The position numbers and the translations under genes were made by a program. This document shows positions 38,735 to 53,165 of a DNA stretch of 64,000 bases, in pieces. Origin of the DNA: Eledone cirrhosa (lineage: Eukaryota); contig OZ024740.1 of NCBI GenBank assembly GCA_964016885.1, positions 144,212,001 through 144,276,000 of the forward strand. Direction: 5' to 3'. Within the stretch, counting starts at the first letter, position 1. Every line of letters begins with the position of its first letter. The notes beneath the pieces were generated by a model that did no database searches, was not told where the DNA came from, and saw only the letters and a program-made list of their open reading frames with translations.

Positions 38735-39150
38735 GTTTCAGACTTAAAGAATACGAGCCCAAATACAAGCGGCTGAAATGAGGTGCTTCCAAAGGGTCTC
38801 TGGAGTAATGTTACTCAATAGAGTGTGTAGCTCGGAGATCAGAAAGTCACTCCAGGTAGAGTCGCTACTTCTCCAAATTGAGAAATCACAGCTCCAATAC
38901 TATGGGCATGTGGTTGGAATGTCTCAGGAAAGAATCATGGGACAGATTTTACAGGCGAACCCAACAGGTAGGAGGCCCAGTGGCAGACCCCGAGCAATAT
39001 GGTTGGAGAACATCCATGAGATCGGCTGTTCAGGCTTGAGGATCCAGCTGGATCAGTTTGAGACGGTTGCTTCTGACAGGGCCCACTGGAGGCAGTGTTT
39101 GAGGACTCTGCCCTGATGACCCTCTATTGAATAAGTGGATGAAGAAGGAT
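38735..39150 (+). mobile_element. Expander/Rex3-like RTE 3' fragment
   Basis: IQAAEMRCF...SSEIRKSLQVESLLLQIEKSQL.YYGHV..M...GRRPSGRPR. Confidence 0.8.
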
Positions 39151-40420
39151 TTCAGCAAAATAAACTCACATGGTCAACCGGAAGCTATAATAGAAAACAC
39201 TTGCGTAAGGTGTCAAACAGTGGAACCAAACACGAAACCACATGATTGTAAAGTGAACTTCTTAGTCACACAACCATACTTGTGCCTATATGTAACAAAC
39301 TCCAATTAAGTTTGTAATATTTTGCAGCCCAGATATAAATGTCCCAATTATGACTTCAACTCTTTCAAATATAATTGTTGCTTTTAAACAGGTAGCTTTT
39401 AGTATATCGAATATACTAAAAACTGCCTGTTGAAAAAGGAGCCTACATCTTTGAACTTAAATATAGGATTTGTGGTCTATAATCATTTACCATATATAAA
39501 CTTCTAAATGAATCAGAATTAAATATATATAGAAACAGAAATAGATGCTAAATAAATAAATAAAACAATACAAAAATCAACAACAAAAAACTGAACTTTC
39601 CTTAGGAAGCTGACATCATAGTACTTTAAAAAAAGATCAGTATTACCAAAAATGTTACCTAGCTGCTGCTCTATATGAAGGATTCTCATATTTCATCAGT
39701 AACCCACACTTCACATATGCCCATACAATTTTATACACTGCTTACTTTTTGAAGCTGTAAAGGTGTGGCAATATCTAATGCTAGGAGATATTTTCATACT
39801 AACCAAAATATTTTATTGAGTTTGAAAATAAACAAATTGAAAGCACTGACAAAAAACAAAAACAACAGAGTACCAAAATTATCTCAAATTTCTTTCATAA
39901 GATTGGTTGACTAATTTTTAATTACACAATAATTCATGGCCACAGTATATAGAACAATTGTGGACGATTATTTTAAAAGATGTGAGCATTAACCTTTTCA
40001 TTACATTTCTATTGAAATCTATGATTTTCAAATAATCAAGAACTTAGATGGATTTAGTAATATAACTTTGTTATTATTAATCTGGTGTTAGGAAAGTAAC
40101 AAAGTTGTTATATAAAATTATGATGAAAGATTTTAGATAAACATAAAAACTTTAAAACAGATTTTTATCACAAAACCAGGTGGTATCTCAGCATGACCAG
40201 AGTCCAATTACAAACAAGTAAAAGAATAAAATAAATCAACAATTTATTATTCTCTAAAAGTGGATACAGTATGGCCAAATGTTTAAGAAGTTTGCTTTAC
40301 AATCATTAGGTTCAAAATTTGATCCCACTGTGTGACACTTTGGGCAAGTGTCATTTACCATAGTTTCAGATCAAGCCATAAATCGTTAGTGAAACTGGGT
40401 AGACGAAAACTGTTTGGAAG

Positions 40421-40520
40421 CTTGTTAAATAGACTGTACCTGTAATTCATAAGGATAGCTTTGTCACACACTTGTTAAATAGACTGTACCTGTAATTCAT
40501 AAGGATAGCTTTGTCACACA
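40421..40520 (+). repeat. Perfect 2 x 50-bp tandem duplication inside a SINE
   Basis: cttgttaaatagactgtacctgtaattcataaggatagctttgtcacaca occurs twice. Confidence 0.95.
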
Positions 40521-42039
40521 CTTTCATGCTGAGTATTCCTGAGAATTATGATAAGGGTACACATATCTGTGGAATGCTCAGCTTTTACACATTAATTTCA
40601 TATGCAAATTATACTGTTGATTGAACAACAATGTCAAAACTGCTGGGACTCTATTCCATTCCATTTCCAGACATTTTATACTGCCTGACAAGGTGTGTAC
40701 ACTTTTTAAATCCGAAAACTGAAAACTATATTCTACTAAAAGAACTCATCTCCAGTTTTAAAATGTTATTTCTAACATTTTAGCTTCCTGGAGGAAGCAT
40801 TACATTTTCACTGTGGATGGTGCATTTGAAGCATATTCATATAACCATCATGTGATTAATCTGACCCTCCACAAAAATACCCATCTGATTGACAAAGATT
40901 TCCCACACTATTGTATCATCGTTGTTTTTAGATCTTGATTTCTTGATATCAACCCATTCTTTATTTTGTTTTAACCCATAACAGCCTGTAACAATTTAGC
41001 ATAAAGTATCTAAAACAGGTTTGTTGATTCAAATGTTAATAGTGTTTTTACAAGTAGACACATCATTGAGAAGATTTGCATCAAACTAAAGACTTTAATT
41101 TTTCATGCGATACAATCATAGTGGTGTTTTTTACTTTTCAAGAAAATTTTTTTTAATACAGTTGATATGTATATGTGCAGACAAATTCTCCCATGCACAC
41201 ACACATAAATATCATAATTAAACATCCTATAGTCCAAAAAATAAATCAACATTATACACTTCTTGGCAATCAATCCAAAATACTTGAAACATTTCTACAT
41301 TAAATTTATCAACTAACATGATAAGCACACACACAGACAATGGACTTCCTCTCAGTTTCCTTCTACAAAATTCACTTAAGGCATTGGTCAGCCTACGGCT
41401 ATAGAAGACACTTGCTCAAGGTGTCACAGTGGGATCAAACCTAAAACCATGTAGTTGTGAAGCAAACTTCTTAAGCAGACAGCCATACCTGCAACCAATA
41501 ACCTACAGTCATGTTTCCTCTATCTTTCACTGCTCCTATCATAGTTTCTGCTTCTCTCAACTAGTAAGGTATATATATATATATAAAGCCAAGCTCATCA
41601 TACTTACCTCACCATTTGTCATCCATATTTTGCCTAACTACTCATTTTACAAAATTCTTCATATTCTGAGGTTTAGTCCTCTGGAGCATAATCACAACCC
41701 ACATTCCCCTGCCCCAATACCTCACAGAATAGAACAGACTTCAGCATACTGAAGTTGAAGTTGAATATCAATTGCATGAAGCTCACTTGCTTGAGAGGGT
41801 TTGTAACAACAGCCATGTGTGCCATTCCTACATCTCTGGTTAATGATAATGATTTCCAACATTGTTACATGCAATACATTTTGAAAAGGAACAGTCAGCT
41901 AAATTAACAAGTATATAACTGGTATTTCCTTTATTGACTCCAAAGGAATTAAAAGAAAAACAATCTGAGCAGTTGCCATGTAAATAAATACCATAAAATA
42001 TTTAATCCACCCCTCTTGATTTTTGTCTACTACTCTAAT

Positions 42040-42725
42040 AATTGTTTCTATTTTTGGCACAAGGCCAGCAATTATTCTAGTGCATTACCGGTACTTTATT
42101 TTATCAACCCCGTAAGGATGAAAGGCAAAGTTAACCTCGGTGGGATTTGAACCCGGGCTGTAACTATGCTGCAAAGTATGGCATCCGACCCTCCACCAAT
42201 ATGTCCAATCCATGCCCTCATATAGGAACAAGTCCAGCGATTTGGGGGGAGGGGAAAGTCGATTAAATCGACCCCAGTGCGTGACTGGTACTTTATTTTA
42301 TCGATCCTGTAACAATGAAAGGCAAAGTTAACCTCAGCGGAATTTGAACTCAGATCATAAAGGGCTGTAACTATGCTGCAAAGCATGACGTCCGACTCTC
42401 AACCAATACAGCCCATCCACCGCCCTACCACCCTCTAATAATAATAACAACTGTTTCTACTTTTGGTACAGGGCCAGCAATTATCCTTGTGCATTACTGG
42501 TACTTTATTTTATCGACCCTCTACCAATGCTTGATAATAATAATAATTTCTAATTTAGGTACAAGAACAGCCGTTTGTGGAGAGGGGAAAGTTAATTATA
42601 TCGACCCCCAGTACTTGACTACTATTTTATTTTATCGACCTCAGATGAAAGGCAAAGATGGCGAGATTTGAACTCAGAAAGTATTTGACTGATGCTCTAA
42701 TGATTCTGTTAATCCACCACCCTGT
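42040..42725 (-). mobile_element. Head-to-tail stack of about 4 short tRNA-derived SINE copies
   Basis: Repeated ggtactttattttatcga...atgaaaggcaaag...atttgaac modules. Confidence 0.8.
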
Positions 42726-43507
42726 ACTACAACAACAATTTGTTATATAATATGCTAGCATGGAAGATGGACGTTAAACGATGATGATGAATAATAAAAC
42801 TTCTTCAGAATACTCACTCACAACCAACTACCCATAAGATTTTATACAAGATTAGATTTTATTTTTCTTGTCCTCAGGCTAAATAATCACAAAATCAAAA
42901 CAACAAAATTACGAGTAATGTAATCCCAGCCAAAAAAAATGTTGAGAGGATTTCTTCAGTTGTTTCAAAGACAACTTTTGTCGTGCTACTATTTTGATAA
43001 AACACACCCAGCAAAAACTGTACAGTAGTGCATCTACCCATAGTAAACTTACTAAACAAAGAGGACTTTACAGTTGTGTCGAGACCATGAGAACTTCCCT
43101 AGTGCTGGTGTCACAATAAAATGTACCCAGGACACTGTACAGTGGTTGATGATAGGAAGGGTGTCTAAATGTAGAAAACTTGTCAAAGTGTCAAGAGGAC
43201 TCTTCAGTTATGTGCTGGTGCTATGATAAAGCGCACCCAATACACACTGTACAGTAGTTGGTGATAGGAAAAGCATCCAATCATAGAAAACTTGTCAAAC
43301 AATATGTCAATAGGACTCTTCGGTTGTGTCAAACCTCCTTAGTGCTGGTGCCATAATAGACTGCACTCAGTACATTCCGTAGAGTATAGGAATGTATGAA
43401 AGTGAGGTGTAACCCGCTCCTCCCCGTTTGAGAGGTTAGTAGCTCCAAGTACTGACATGGTCTGTGATAAACCGTCCAACACTTGCCAGCAGAGAAAACG
43501 GCTGTTA

Positions 43508-43759
<252 letters not shown>

Positions 43760-45122
43760 TTAAAAAAGCATATCAAATTATGAAGTTTTTCACATTATAA
43801 AATATAACAAGTTGTGATGATATTTAGTTACAATATGATAATCAAGATATATTTTCTAATTTAGTTGACCTGAAACAGATTTGAATTCAGAGTGCAGACA
43901 GCTGTAAAGAATACCACGACCCATTCTATCCAGTGTTCTAACAGCTCTGCTAATTTGCCCCCTTGTAAAAGATTATGATTTGCTTATAATGCACACTTCA
44001 ACATAGATACAGATATGATACTATAATATATAGAAAAAATATAATATTAGTATTTAGACAGTTGTAAACAAGCTAAAACAGATATAATATTATAATATAT
44101 AGAAAGAAATATAATAGCATTTAGAAAGTAGTAAATAAGCTGAAATTCTACTGAACGTTAAGTAAAAAATTATTCTTTTATTAAAAAAAGCAACACGATT
44201 TTACAAAAGCAAAAATAATGTTAATAGTGAATGTTCTTTATTTGTACCTGTTAAGCCCTTACTAAATTGTTGATAATTATATCCAGTTTAACCAGGGTAT
44301 TTTTAAAATCTATTTTTAATAAGATTCCTCTTAGAATGGAATATCAACTGCTCACCTGTAAAAAAACCTATACAGAATGAAAACTTCTTTCTTTCAGAGT
44401 CTGTCTTTCAGTTAGCTATGAGATGAATCAAAATGTTCTTGATGCTCTAAATGAAAATTGGCCTCTCTCTCCCATGAACGAAGAGTGATTCTTTACGGTA
44501 ACTATACACCTTGTTTAAAAACACACAAGTCGCACAATTGATAACATTAAAATAGATTTCACAGCTAGGATGTCCAAATTTTTCTGAGGAGTAATGTGAC
44601 ATGTGACAACCTCTTTAGTGCTGGTGCCAACAAAATGCTCCCAGATACACCATGTGAAGTGGTTGGCATTAGGAAGAGCATCCAGCTGCAGAAACCATGC
44701 CAAATATGGTACAAATGAGCAAAATTGGTCATTCCGACCCATCACGTCTCAGATAATGACAACCTCTCCAACCCATGGTGGTGTATGGAAAGTGGACATA
44801 TAATGATGATAATTTGATGCTGGGTAGTAATTTGATTAATGATTTTGATTGTCTTTTACTTTTATGTTTCGAACACACTTTTCATTCTCAGGTTTTTCCT
44901 CAATAATGACATATTCTGAAGAATGATGTATACTTCTATATTTCTTAGGTTGTGTGGTTATACATAAGGTAAAGCATCAAAAGAATCTGAAGTGTCTTTT
45001 GTCCTTTGCAATTCCTGAATCACTTTGGAACACTGTTATAATTATCAATTAATGTTTGTTGGCTTTCAAATAATATTTTTATAAACACACACTACAGTTG
45101 TCACTAGCAATTGAGTATGACA

Positions 45123-46927
45123 TCTATATATATATATGGCCGGTGCTCTGGTGCAATAAGTAGCAGCAAGTGCCCACAAAATACTAGCTCTTTCAATTGC
45201 GCAGAGGGTTCTATAGAAATAGTGGACAGCTTCCGTTACCTGGGTGACAAAATCAGCAGTGGGAGAGGGTGCTCTGAAAGTACAGTAGCTAGAGTCAGAA
45301 CTGGATGGAAAAAGTTCAGAGAGCTTATACCACTATTAGCCGCTAAAGGGTTCTCCCTAAAAATGAAAGGCAGGTTGTATGATGCCTGCATACGAACAGC
45401 AATGTTGCATGGCAGTGAGACCTGGGCATTGTGTGCAGAGGATATACGCAGACTAGAGAGGAACGAAGCTTGCATGCTCCGCTGGATGTGTAATAGTAAT
45501 ATACGTGAACGGCAAAGCATAAACGAACTAAGGAAAAAATTAGAAATAAGAGGGATTAGATGTTGTTTACTCGAGAGAAGGCTACGTTGGTATGGCCACG
45601 TGATGCGCATGAAAGACGACAGCTGTATAACAAAGTGCAGGGCAATAAAGATAGATGGTAGCCACGGAGTAGGCAGACCCAGAAAAACCTGGGACGAGCT
45701 GATAAATTCTGACCTCACACACTTACACCTCTCCAAGACAATGTCACTGGACCGAGACCTTTGGCGGTACTCAGTAATAGAGAAGACCCGCCTTACCTAA
45801 ATACAAAGTAAAACCTACTACAGTCAGTAGGCATCTCTAACAAAATACACCCCCGTCCCACCACCCCCACCCCATCCACACCGCCCCTTTCAATGTAAAG
45901 TTATGTTGGTGCCACAACATCCAGGCCGAAACAAATGAGATCGTGTAGGTGTCACGACAAAAAACACACAGTCCACGCTGTAATGTGGCCGTGTAGGCAA
46001 CACGGTAAAAACCTCCCAGTCCCACACTGTAAATGTGGTTGGTGTTAGGAAGGGCATCCAGCTGTAGAAAACCCGCCAGACAGTCCACACTGTAATGTGG
46101 CCGTGTAGGCAACACGGTAAAAACCTCTCAGCCCCACACTGTAAATGTGGTTGGTGTTAGGAAGGGCATCCAGCTGTAGAAAACCCGCCAGACAGTCCTA
46201 TGCGAGCAAGACAACCACTCTTGCCTCAAGTGGGAAAACTCCCGTCCAAACCCATGCAAGCGTGGAACATGGACGTTAAACGATGATGATGATGATGATG
46301 AACTGAGGATGTCTATGTGGGTGTGTGTGTGTGTCTGAGTTTGAATCCCTAAAACTCGAGAAGTACCCAACCGATTTTTTTCAAACTTTACATGTGTATT
46401 ACTTATGTTTCAGGGAGTGTTATGCACATAAAATTCAACTTTTTGATCCCCTAGGGCCCGCATAAGTGAAAAACTGCGCCTTTTCAGGTTTTTTTTTTGG
46501 GGGGGGGGGGGTTAGGCGTTTCGTCAGACCGATTTCCTTGAAATTGTAACTATGTATTAGTCTCTTCTTCATACCGTGAGCAAAGAAAATCCAACTTTTT
46601 TATGGCCTAGGGCCGGCATTAGGTGAAAAACTTCATTTTTTTCAGCTTTTTAGGGTTTTTTTTTTAGGTATTACATCTAGACGATTTTCACGAAATTTCA
46701 AGGCATAAAAAAAAATTCATTTTCTTGATCCCCTAGGGCCCGCATTAGGTGGAACCTGCATTTTTCCTGCTTCATCGAGGAAAATCTTAAAGATTATCCA
46801 GCCATCAGAGTATTCGGTTTATTTTCTTTACACATTGTCCAGGCATGCAGGTTTTCCATGATTAGGTCTGTTGGCGGCCCGCGTTCTAAAATACCTTATC
46901 CCGTGCAACGCCGGGTACCACTGCTAG
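45123..46927 (+). mobile_element. Non-autonomous Helitron with its 5' end interrupted by an RTE
   Basis: A|TCTATATATA at 45123, resumes aactgaggatgtct at about 46301; three cctagggcc.gcat repeats; 3' hairpin cccgtgcaacgccggg then CTAG|T. Confidence 0.8.
45138..46300 (+). mobile_element. RTE 3' fragment (open C-terminal frame to 45800; 3' UTR with 112-bp tandem duplication at 45969-46192; (GAT)n tail)
   Basis: ORF 45111-45800 matches the C-terminus of the 13790 ORF; same subfamily as 55950-58545. Confidence 0.92.
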
Positions 46928-49900
46928 TATACTATATTTCTGTTATGTGTTTTAGGTGCCATGTAGTCACAAGTACACAGAGAACCTCTTGATCCTCAAA
47001 CCTTTGATCTAGCAGAACATCAAGGATGTGACAGCTAAAGGGAGAGAGGTATACACCAGCAGTGGACAGGTACTTTCTTTATAGACTTTCAAAAGCATGA
47101 AAGGCAAAGGGATTGGGATTTAAACTAAGATTACAGTGAGCCAGAACATATACTAAAAGTTGCATATTATCCGACATTTTAACAATTGTCAATTGCCATC
47201 ACACCTACACATTAACAAGTGTGTTGACAGTGTTTTGTTTTAAAGTTGTCCATGTGAGTATACATGCACATATACACAGGGTATTTAAATTAGTCTATAC
47301 ATACACTGTTGGTTAAATATCTAAAATATATTCTGTAATACAATAAATATAGCACTAAAACAATGCACATACACAATATCATCATCATTTTACATTGATT
47401 TTTTTATGTTAGTATTTTTTTATTTTGAGTTATTAGCCTCATACATGGGTTGGAGGGTCAAGTCTATTTTTAGAGCATATCTAAGACATTTTTAAAAGGT
47501 TGAGTGACCATGTTATACATGACAATATGTGAATGCAGCCTTTCTCTACAAATCACTAATCTCTCATGATACTTTCAATTTTTTCTCATTGAGAATTAGT
47601 ATTTCTGAATCTTTTTATACCCTCCATTCCAACAACATCCTGCCTTCACAACCTCATGATCTTTGCTCCTCTTTTCAATATACATAAACCATTATTTTAT
47701 TAGCAATAACACAAACAATGTGGTTCAAATAGCGATATATGAAAACATATAATATATGTTTATGTATAATAAACACACAAGAGTCGCATTATGTATGTTT
47801 TAAACTGATTATGTCACAACTATCTCAGTAGCTTGCGTCAATGCAGCTGTTTCTGGATTTCTATCCTTTATCAGTGACATTCACTCACTTGGTACTACTG
47901 AGATGAGAATAGGTAAAGCATACATGGTTTTTGCATATAATGTGAACTTGACTGGCTAGCATTGATTAGCAGTAGCACTAACAATGTGATTGAGATAGCT
48001 GTGATATGATCACAGCTTAAAGCAGTGAATGGGCAAAGGACGTCAAATAAAACAAAAGGTAATGTTCTACTCAGTATATTTCAACATATTTCAGGACTCA
48101 TACCATCTTTTCAAATGTGAAACGAAAATAATTTAAAAAAGAATTGAACGATCAGTCATTTATTACACATCTCATAATGATTCATATTAACTATACTATT
48201 TTATATTGTATATGCTTTCATATACACCCCTATTATATACCATGGTTGTCTGGCTTTTATGTATTCTATTTGTTTCCCTATCTATACCAGGCACTTACAT
48301 TTCAGTACATTATTCTACTACCACATTGGTCACTAGCTAACTGAACATCGACTCTATCCACAAATTGATTAATGCTATAAGTTATCCATAAATAATGTCT
48401 GGCTGACCCCTACATTATGGAAATTCTACATTATGGAAATTCTCAATATCTTGCTATCTAAATAAGCACCATTAAGAGCTAATTGGAAGCTTATGATCTC
48501 TTCCTTCAGCCATCACATTCTTATTCCTTTGGTAATGGCAGTTATCAATACCCTTCTGGCTTTCAGTTTGAACTTCCAATAAATCTATATTAGACATCCA
48601 TTGCTTGCCAGAAATGTATGTGTTTAAGGTAATTTATATTTTTTACCCTCTAAATTAGTACATAATTAATAAGGTCTACAGTTTTACCTCAAATATAAGT
48701 AACCAGGTTTTCTGAACTTTATGTTGCACACAAAAAAGCTTTGCTCTGTACATTTATTAAGTTGTAAGCTCCAGGTACATTGTTGTTAGACCATTGGTTC
48801 TGGCAATGAATATTCCAATTGTTTGATGAGAGGGGGGGGGGGTATAACCTGCATATGAAATTAATGCGCCCCCTAACAATTCTCAAGGGACTCAACAGAC
48901 TAGACTTTTGAATTACAGGTACAATTTATAGCAGTATCTTTCATCATAAATATGAAAATGAAAGGGGTAATTTTTAAGGTAATTAATGTAGGTTTCATGT
49001 GGTACAAGATATCAAGAGTTAAATAGCAATCTAAATTTTGTGTTGTGTTTTTGGGAGTGTATTTTAATACTATAAAATTATCTTTGTTATTATATATCTC
49101 ATTAATGAATATATCTGATAATTTTCTTTTGGCTATACATGTACACATACACACACTTAAGTCATACAGCTATATAATACAGAACTAATATAACTCATTA
49201 CTTGATTAAATATAACAATTCCAAATTCATGAAAATTATTCTTAGATTAATTACATATTTAGTAAACTCAAGGTAAAATAAGCTCAATGAAGCAGTAACA
49301 ACAGGACTTAAATGCAAACAACTGTGCTAATAATAGTTAAATATAGTAGATTATTTATCTTTATATGACATCTCTTTGAAGAGAGGAAAACAAATGTTAA
49401 AATAATTCTTAGTTAAGAGGCCCCATGCAATATAATCTAACCAGACAGTGTCATTGCATTATATCCACTGCAACCTTCACATACATCCCCATTAAGCTTG
49501 TGCGTGGGTGGATAAAGAGTAGCGAGACCAATTACTGAATGTTCACTACATTTCAGGCAATGACAATTCTCAGTTTCTATGCAACCATTCTATTTACCAA
49601 AAATATCATCCTCCACAACTTCAACAAAAACAATATTTGAATGTTTTTGTCTATTTCCCTAATAGCAGCTATCATTCAATTAGCTGGTTTAAAATTAATT
49701 ATTTTGGCCCGCTATTATTATGCTCCAATTCAGGGCTACTACCATTCTAAATGGATTTGAGGATCACATTTCATTTGTACATTCCAATATTTTCTACAGT
49801 TGGATGCCATAGCTAACAACTCTTTAACAGTTTTCTGGGTGCATTTCATCATAGTACCCCATCAGAGAGGCTGTCATGTCCTTGATAAGTTTATGAAGTC

Positions 49901-51137
49901 CTTGTCTATCCTAAAGTGTCTGTTTCTTTTACCACTCTTACAGTATATTTTATTGTGATGCCAACACTAGAAGTTGCCTGACCTACTGCATGACAAAAGA
50001 GTCCTCTCTACTATGTCTCCATTTTTTCAATGCAAACATACCTGAGTGATTTGAAGAGTGATGATAAAAAGGTTTAATGAGGAGAGAGTATGAATATGGG
50101 TGTGAAAGGGGAAAACAGTGATAGGAAAGTAGGGAGAGGGACAGTGGTAGCTACATGTTGGTTGCTATGATGTTGAGTAATAGGGTTGAGCCATGATAGT
50201 GGAAAACTAATGACAGATAGCAACAGTGAAAAGTGATAACAGTGACAGTAAGAGACAATAGCCCTAAGCCTCATGCAGGAGAATATCAAATGTGAGGTTG
50301 TGGGGAGAAACAGAGAGGATGGTTGGGAAGAAAGAGAAACAGTGGTAGCTGCATGCTGGTTATGAGTGAGAGATTGAGTAATAGGGGTATATCATAGAAG
50401 GCACACAGAATGTTAACATAGAAGAGAACAGTTGCAATTGTGTGGCCCACACAGCTGCATTCTGTCATAGTTGGTCTTTAAGTATTTATCTCCTATATGC
50501 ATATATATACACACATTAATAAGACCGCCATTGCTCTAATCGGTCCACAAACACTTAAACACCCTAAACTGAAAGTTAACCTGCACTCATGACTCCTGCT
50601 AAACTAAACCACGACCCACTCTCCAAACCGAATTTAGCATATTTGCCTAGAAGTAAATATAAAAGGGATGTATAATTTAGTTTACATTAAGGTTGTAGAA
50701 ATTTAGTTTATTTGCTTTGCCGATATTTGACCTACTTAGAAGAAATTTGGCATATTTATTTCGAAGTAATAAATTCAAAGGGAGAGGTCCTGTTGATTTT
50801 GGCCATATTTGACTTAAATTAGTGAAAGGGCTGATTGAAGGGATGGCCAAGGTCATTGTTTTCTTTCTTTGAATATTTCCATTCTTTGCATTAGCCAGAA
50901 AGATGGACACATTTCCGGAGATTTTATAAGCACAAAATGTAGACACCAACCCGAGGCCAAGGTATTCCGTACTTCTCTGTACTGTTATTTATATATTCGT
51001 GTACAGATATTTTTGCATACACAATAACAAAATATAATCAAACGTATTTACTTCACGAGGCTCGAGAAGGATAAATATATATCAAATATATAAGAACCCT
51101 AGAGCAAATCCCGAGCAACACCTGGCCATTCTGCTCG

Positions 51138-52733
51138 TCTATATATCTAAAACAGAGAATGTCTGTCTGTCCAATCACGAAAATCCGAGAACCACCCAAC
51201 CGATTGTTTTCAAACTTTACACATGTAATACTTATGGTTCTGTCAGTGTTTTGAGCAAAAAGAAGTTCAAATTTTCAATGCCCTAGGGACCGCATTAGGC
51301 GATTTAGCGACATCTCTCTATAACTCTTAGTCTTTCTCTTTTTAGATAGATACATAGATATAACGTTGCACCCTTATAATATCTGTCTGTATGCTTGATT
51401 GTCTGCATTACGTCATTATGACGCGATCAGTGTGTGTGTGTGTGTATATATGTATGTATAGTGTGTGTATATATATATATATATATATTATGCCAGGGAA
51501 CGTCTTCACGAACCAAAGTATCGTCTTCCTGTTTTCCTTCGGTTGCAACGTTTTTCGAAATATTTACATCTGCGTTCACAGATTGATGTTTTAGTTTCAG
51601 AAGATCCTGTTAAGGTTGAAAGCAGTGATTCTTTGCTTAAACTTTAATATGTTGTTTTAATATATATATATATATATTTTTGCATACACAAAAACAAAAT
51701 ATAAACAATCAAGGCCAACGATTACATACGATGCATACACAAGAACAAAATATAAACAAACAAGGCCGGCGATTACATAATCACATGCATCACTGACAGA
51801 TATTTTTGCATACACAAAAAAAATATATAAACAAACAACGTCAACAATTACATATGATTATAACAGTTAGTCTTAGTGTACTTCATATTGCTTCTAGGTA
51901 GAAGATCCCGTTAAGGGTGAAAGCAGCGATTCTTTGCTTAAACCTTTAAGTCAACGGTTCGGATATCACATGCATCACTGACAAGTTTACTCCTTACTCT
52001 ACCAGTTAGTCTTAGTGTATTTCATACTGCTTTTAGACCATGCCTCGAAGGAAGAGATACTCCATTGGCCGAAATACTGCAATAGTGGCAAGAGAAAGAA
52101 CAAGGCGGGCAAAAGAATCGTCAGTGGAATCTGCTATTCGACTGTCGCAAGATGCAGAATGTACTGCCACCAGAAGAGCACTTGAAACATACAAACAACG
52201 AACCAATTGCCGAACAGCTGATATATATATATATATATATAAAGTAATACAGAGTACCCGACCTCCCATGGGTACAAGCTGAAGCATATAGACAATATGC
52301 CCCCACACCCTCCACCGCAAGATGGTCGTGGAGGTGCCACGGCAAAAAAGCACCCAGCCCACACTGTAAAGTGGACGTGTAGGCGCCACGAAAAAGCACC
52401 CAGCACTCACTGTAAATGAGGTTGGTGTTAGGAAGGGCATCCAGCTGTAGAAATCAAGCCAAATCAGTTCCTGTATGAGCAAGGCATGGTCAGCCGACCA
52501 GACACTGCCCACAACAGGACAACCCGTCTAACCCATGCTAGCGTGGAAGAACAGACGTAAAACGGTGATGATGATGATATATAATTATATATTCGTGTAC
52601 AGATATTTTTGCATACACAGTAACAAAATATAAACAAATGTATTTATTTCACGAGGCTCGATAAGGATAAATATATATCAAATATATAAGAACCCTAGAG
52701 CAAATCCCGAGCAACGCCGGGCCATTCTGCTAG
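51138..52733 (+). mobile_element. Non-autonomous Helitron, preceded head-to-tail by the 3' end of another copy (about 50950-51137)
   Basis: 5' TCTATATATCTAAAACAGAG; 3' cccgagcaacgccggg hairpin then CTAG|T; 50985-51137 duplicates 52583-52733. Confidence 0.85.
52243..52578 (+). mobile_element. RTE 3'-end fragment nearly identical to 15826-16170, inserted in a (TA)n tract of the Helitron; related piece at 58835-59060
   Basis: Direct sequence match (VIQSTRPPMGTS* plus UTR plus GAT tail). Confidence 0.92.
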
Positions 52734-53165
52734 TACCCTATAAATGTTTTGATTTATGTACTCTTAAACACACGCCTTTTGCCTGAAATAACTTCCAGAA
52801 CATTTCATTGACTAGCACCCTAAAAACAAAAGGATAATTTTCTTAAATAGGTACAAAGAAACATCATTTACAGCCATTAATGGAGAATGAATGCACCCTA
52901 AAAACAACAACAAAACAGGAACATTACCATGTATATTACAAAAGACACAAACATAAAACAAGCATATTAAACACATCTAATTATGAATGATGCGAGAGAA
53001 AAAGTGGGGAAATGGAAGGAATATTGATAAAAAGTTAGAAAGATACAAAAAGTTGAAATAACAAATGAGAAAAAAAGAAAGCAAAGATTTAATAGACTGA
53101 AAGAGAAAGGAGTGTTTTATGGTTTCATCATTCAAGTATGCTACATATGTGAATGAGTGTTTATA

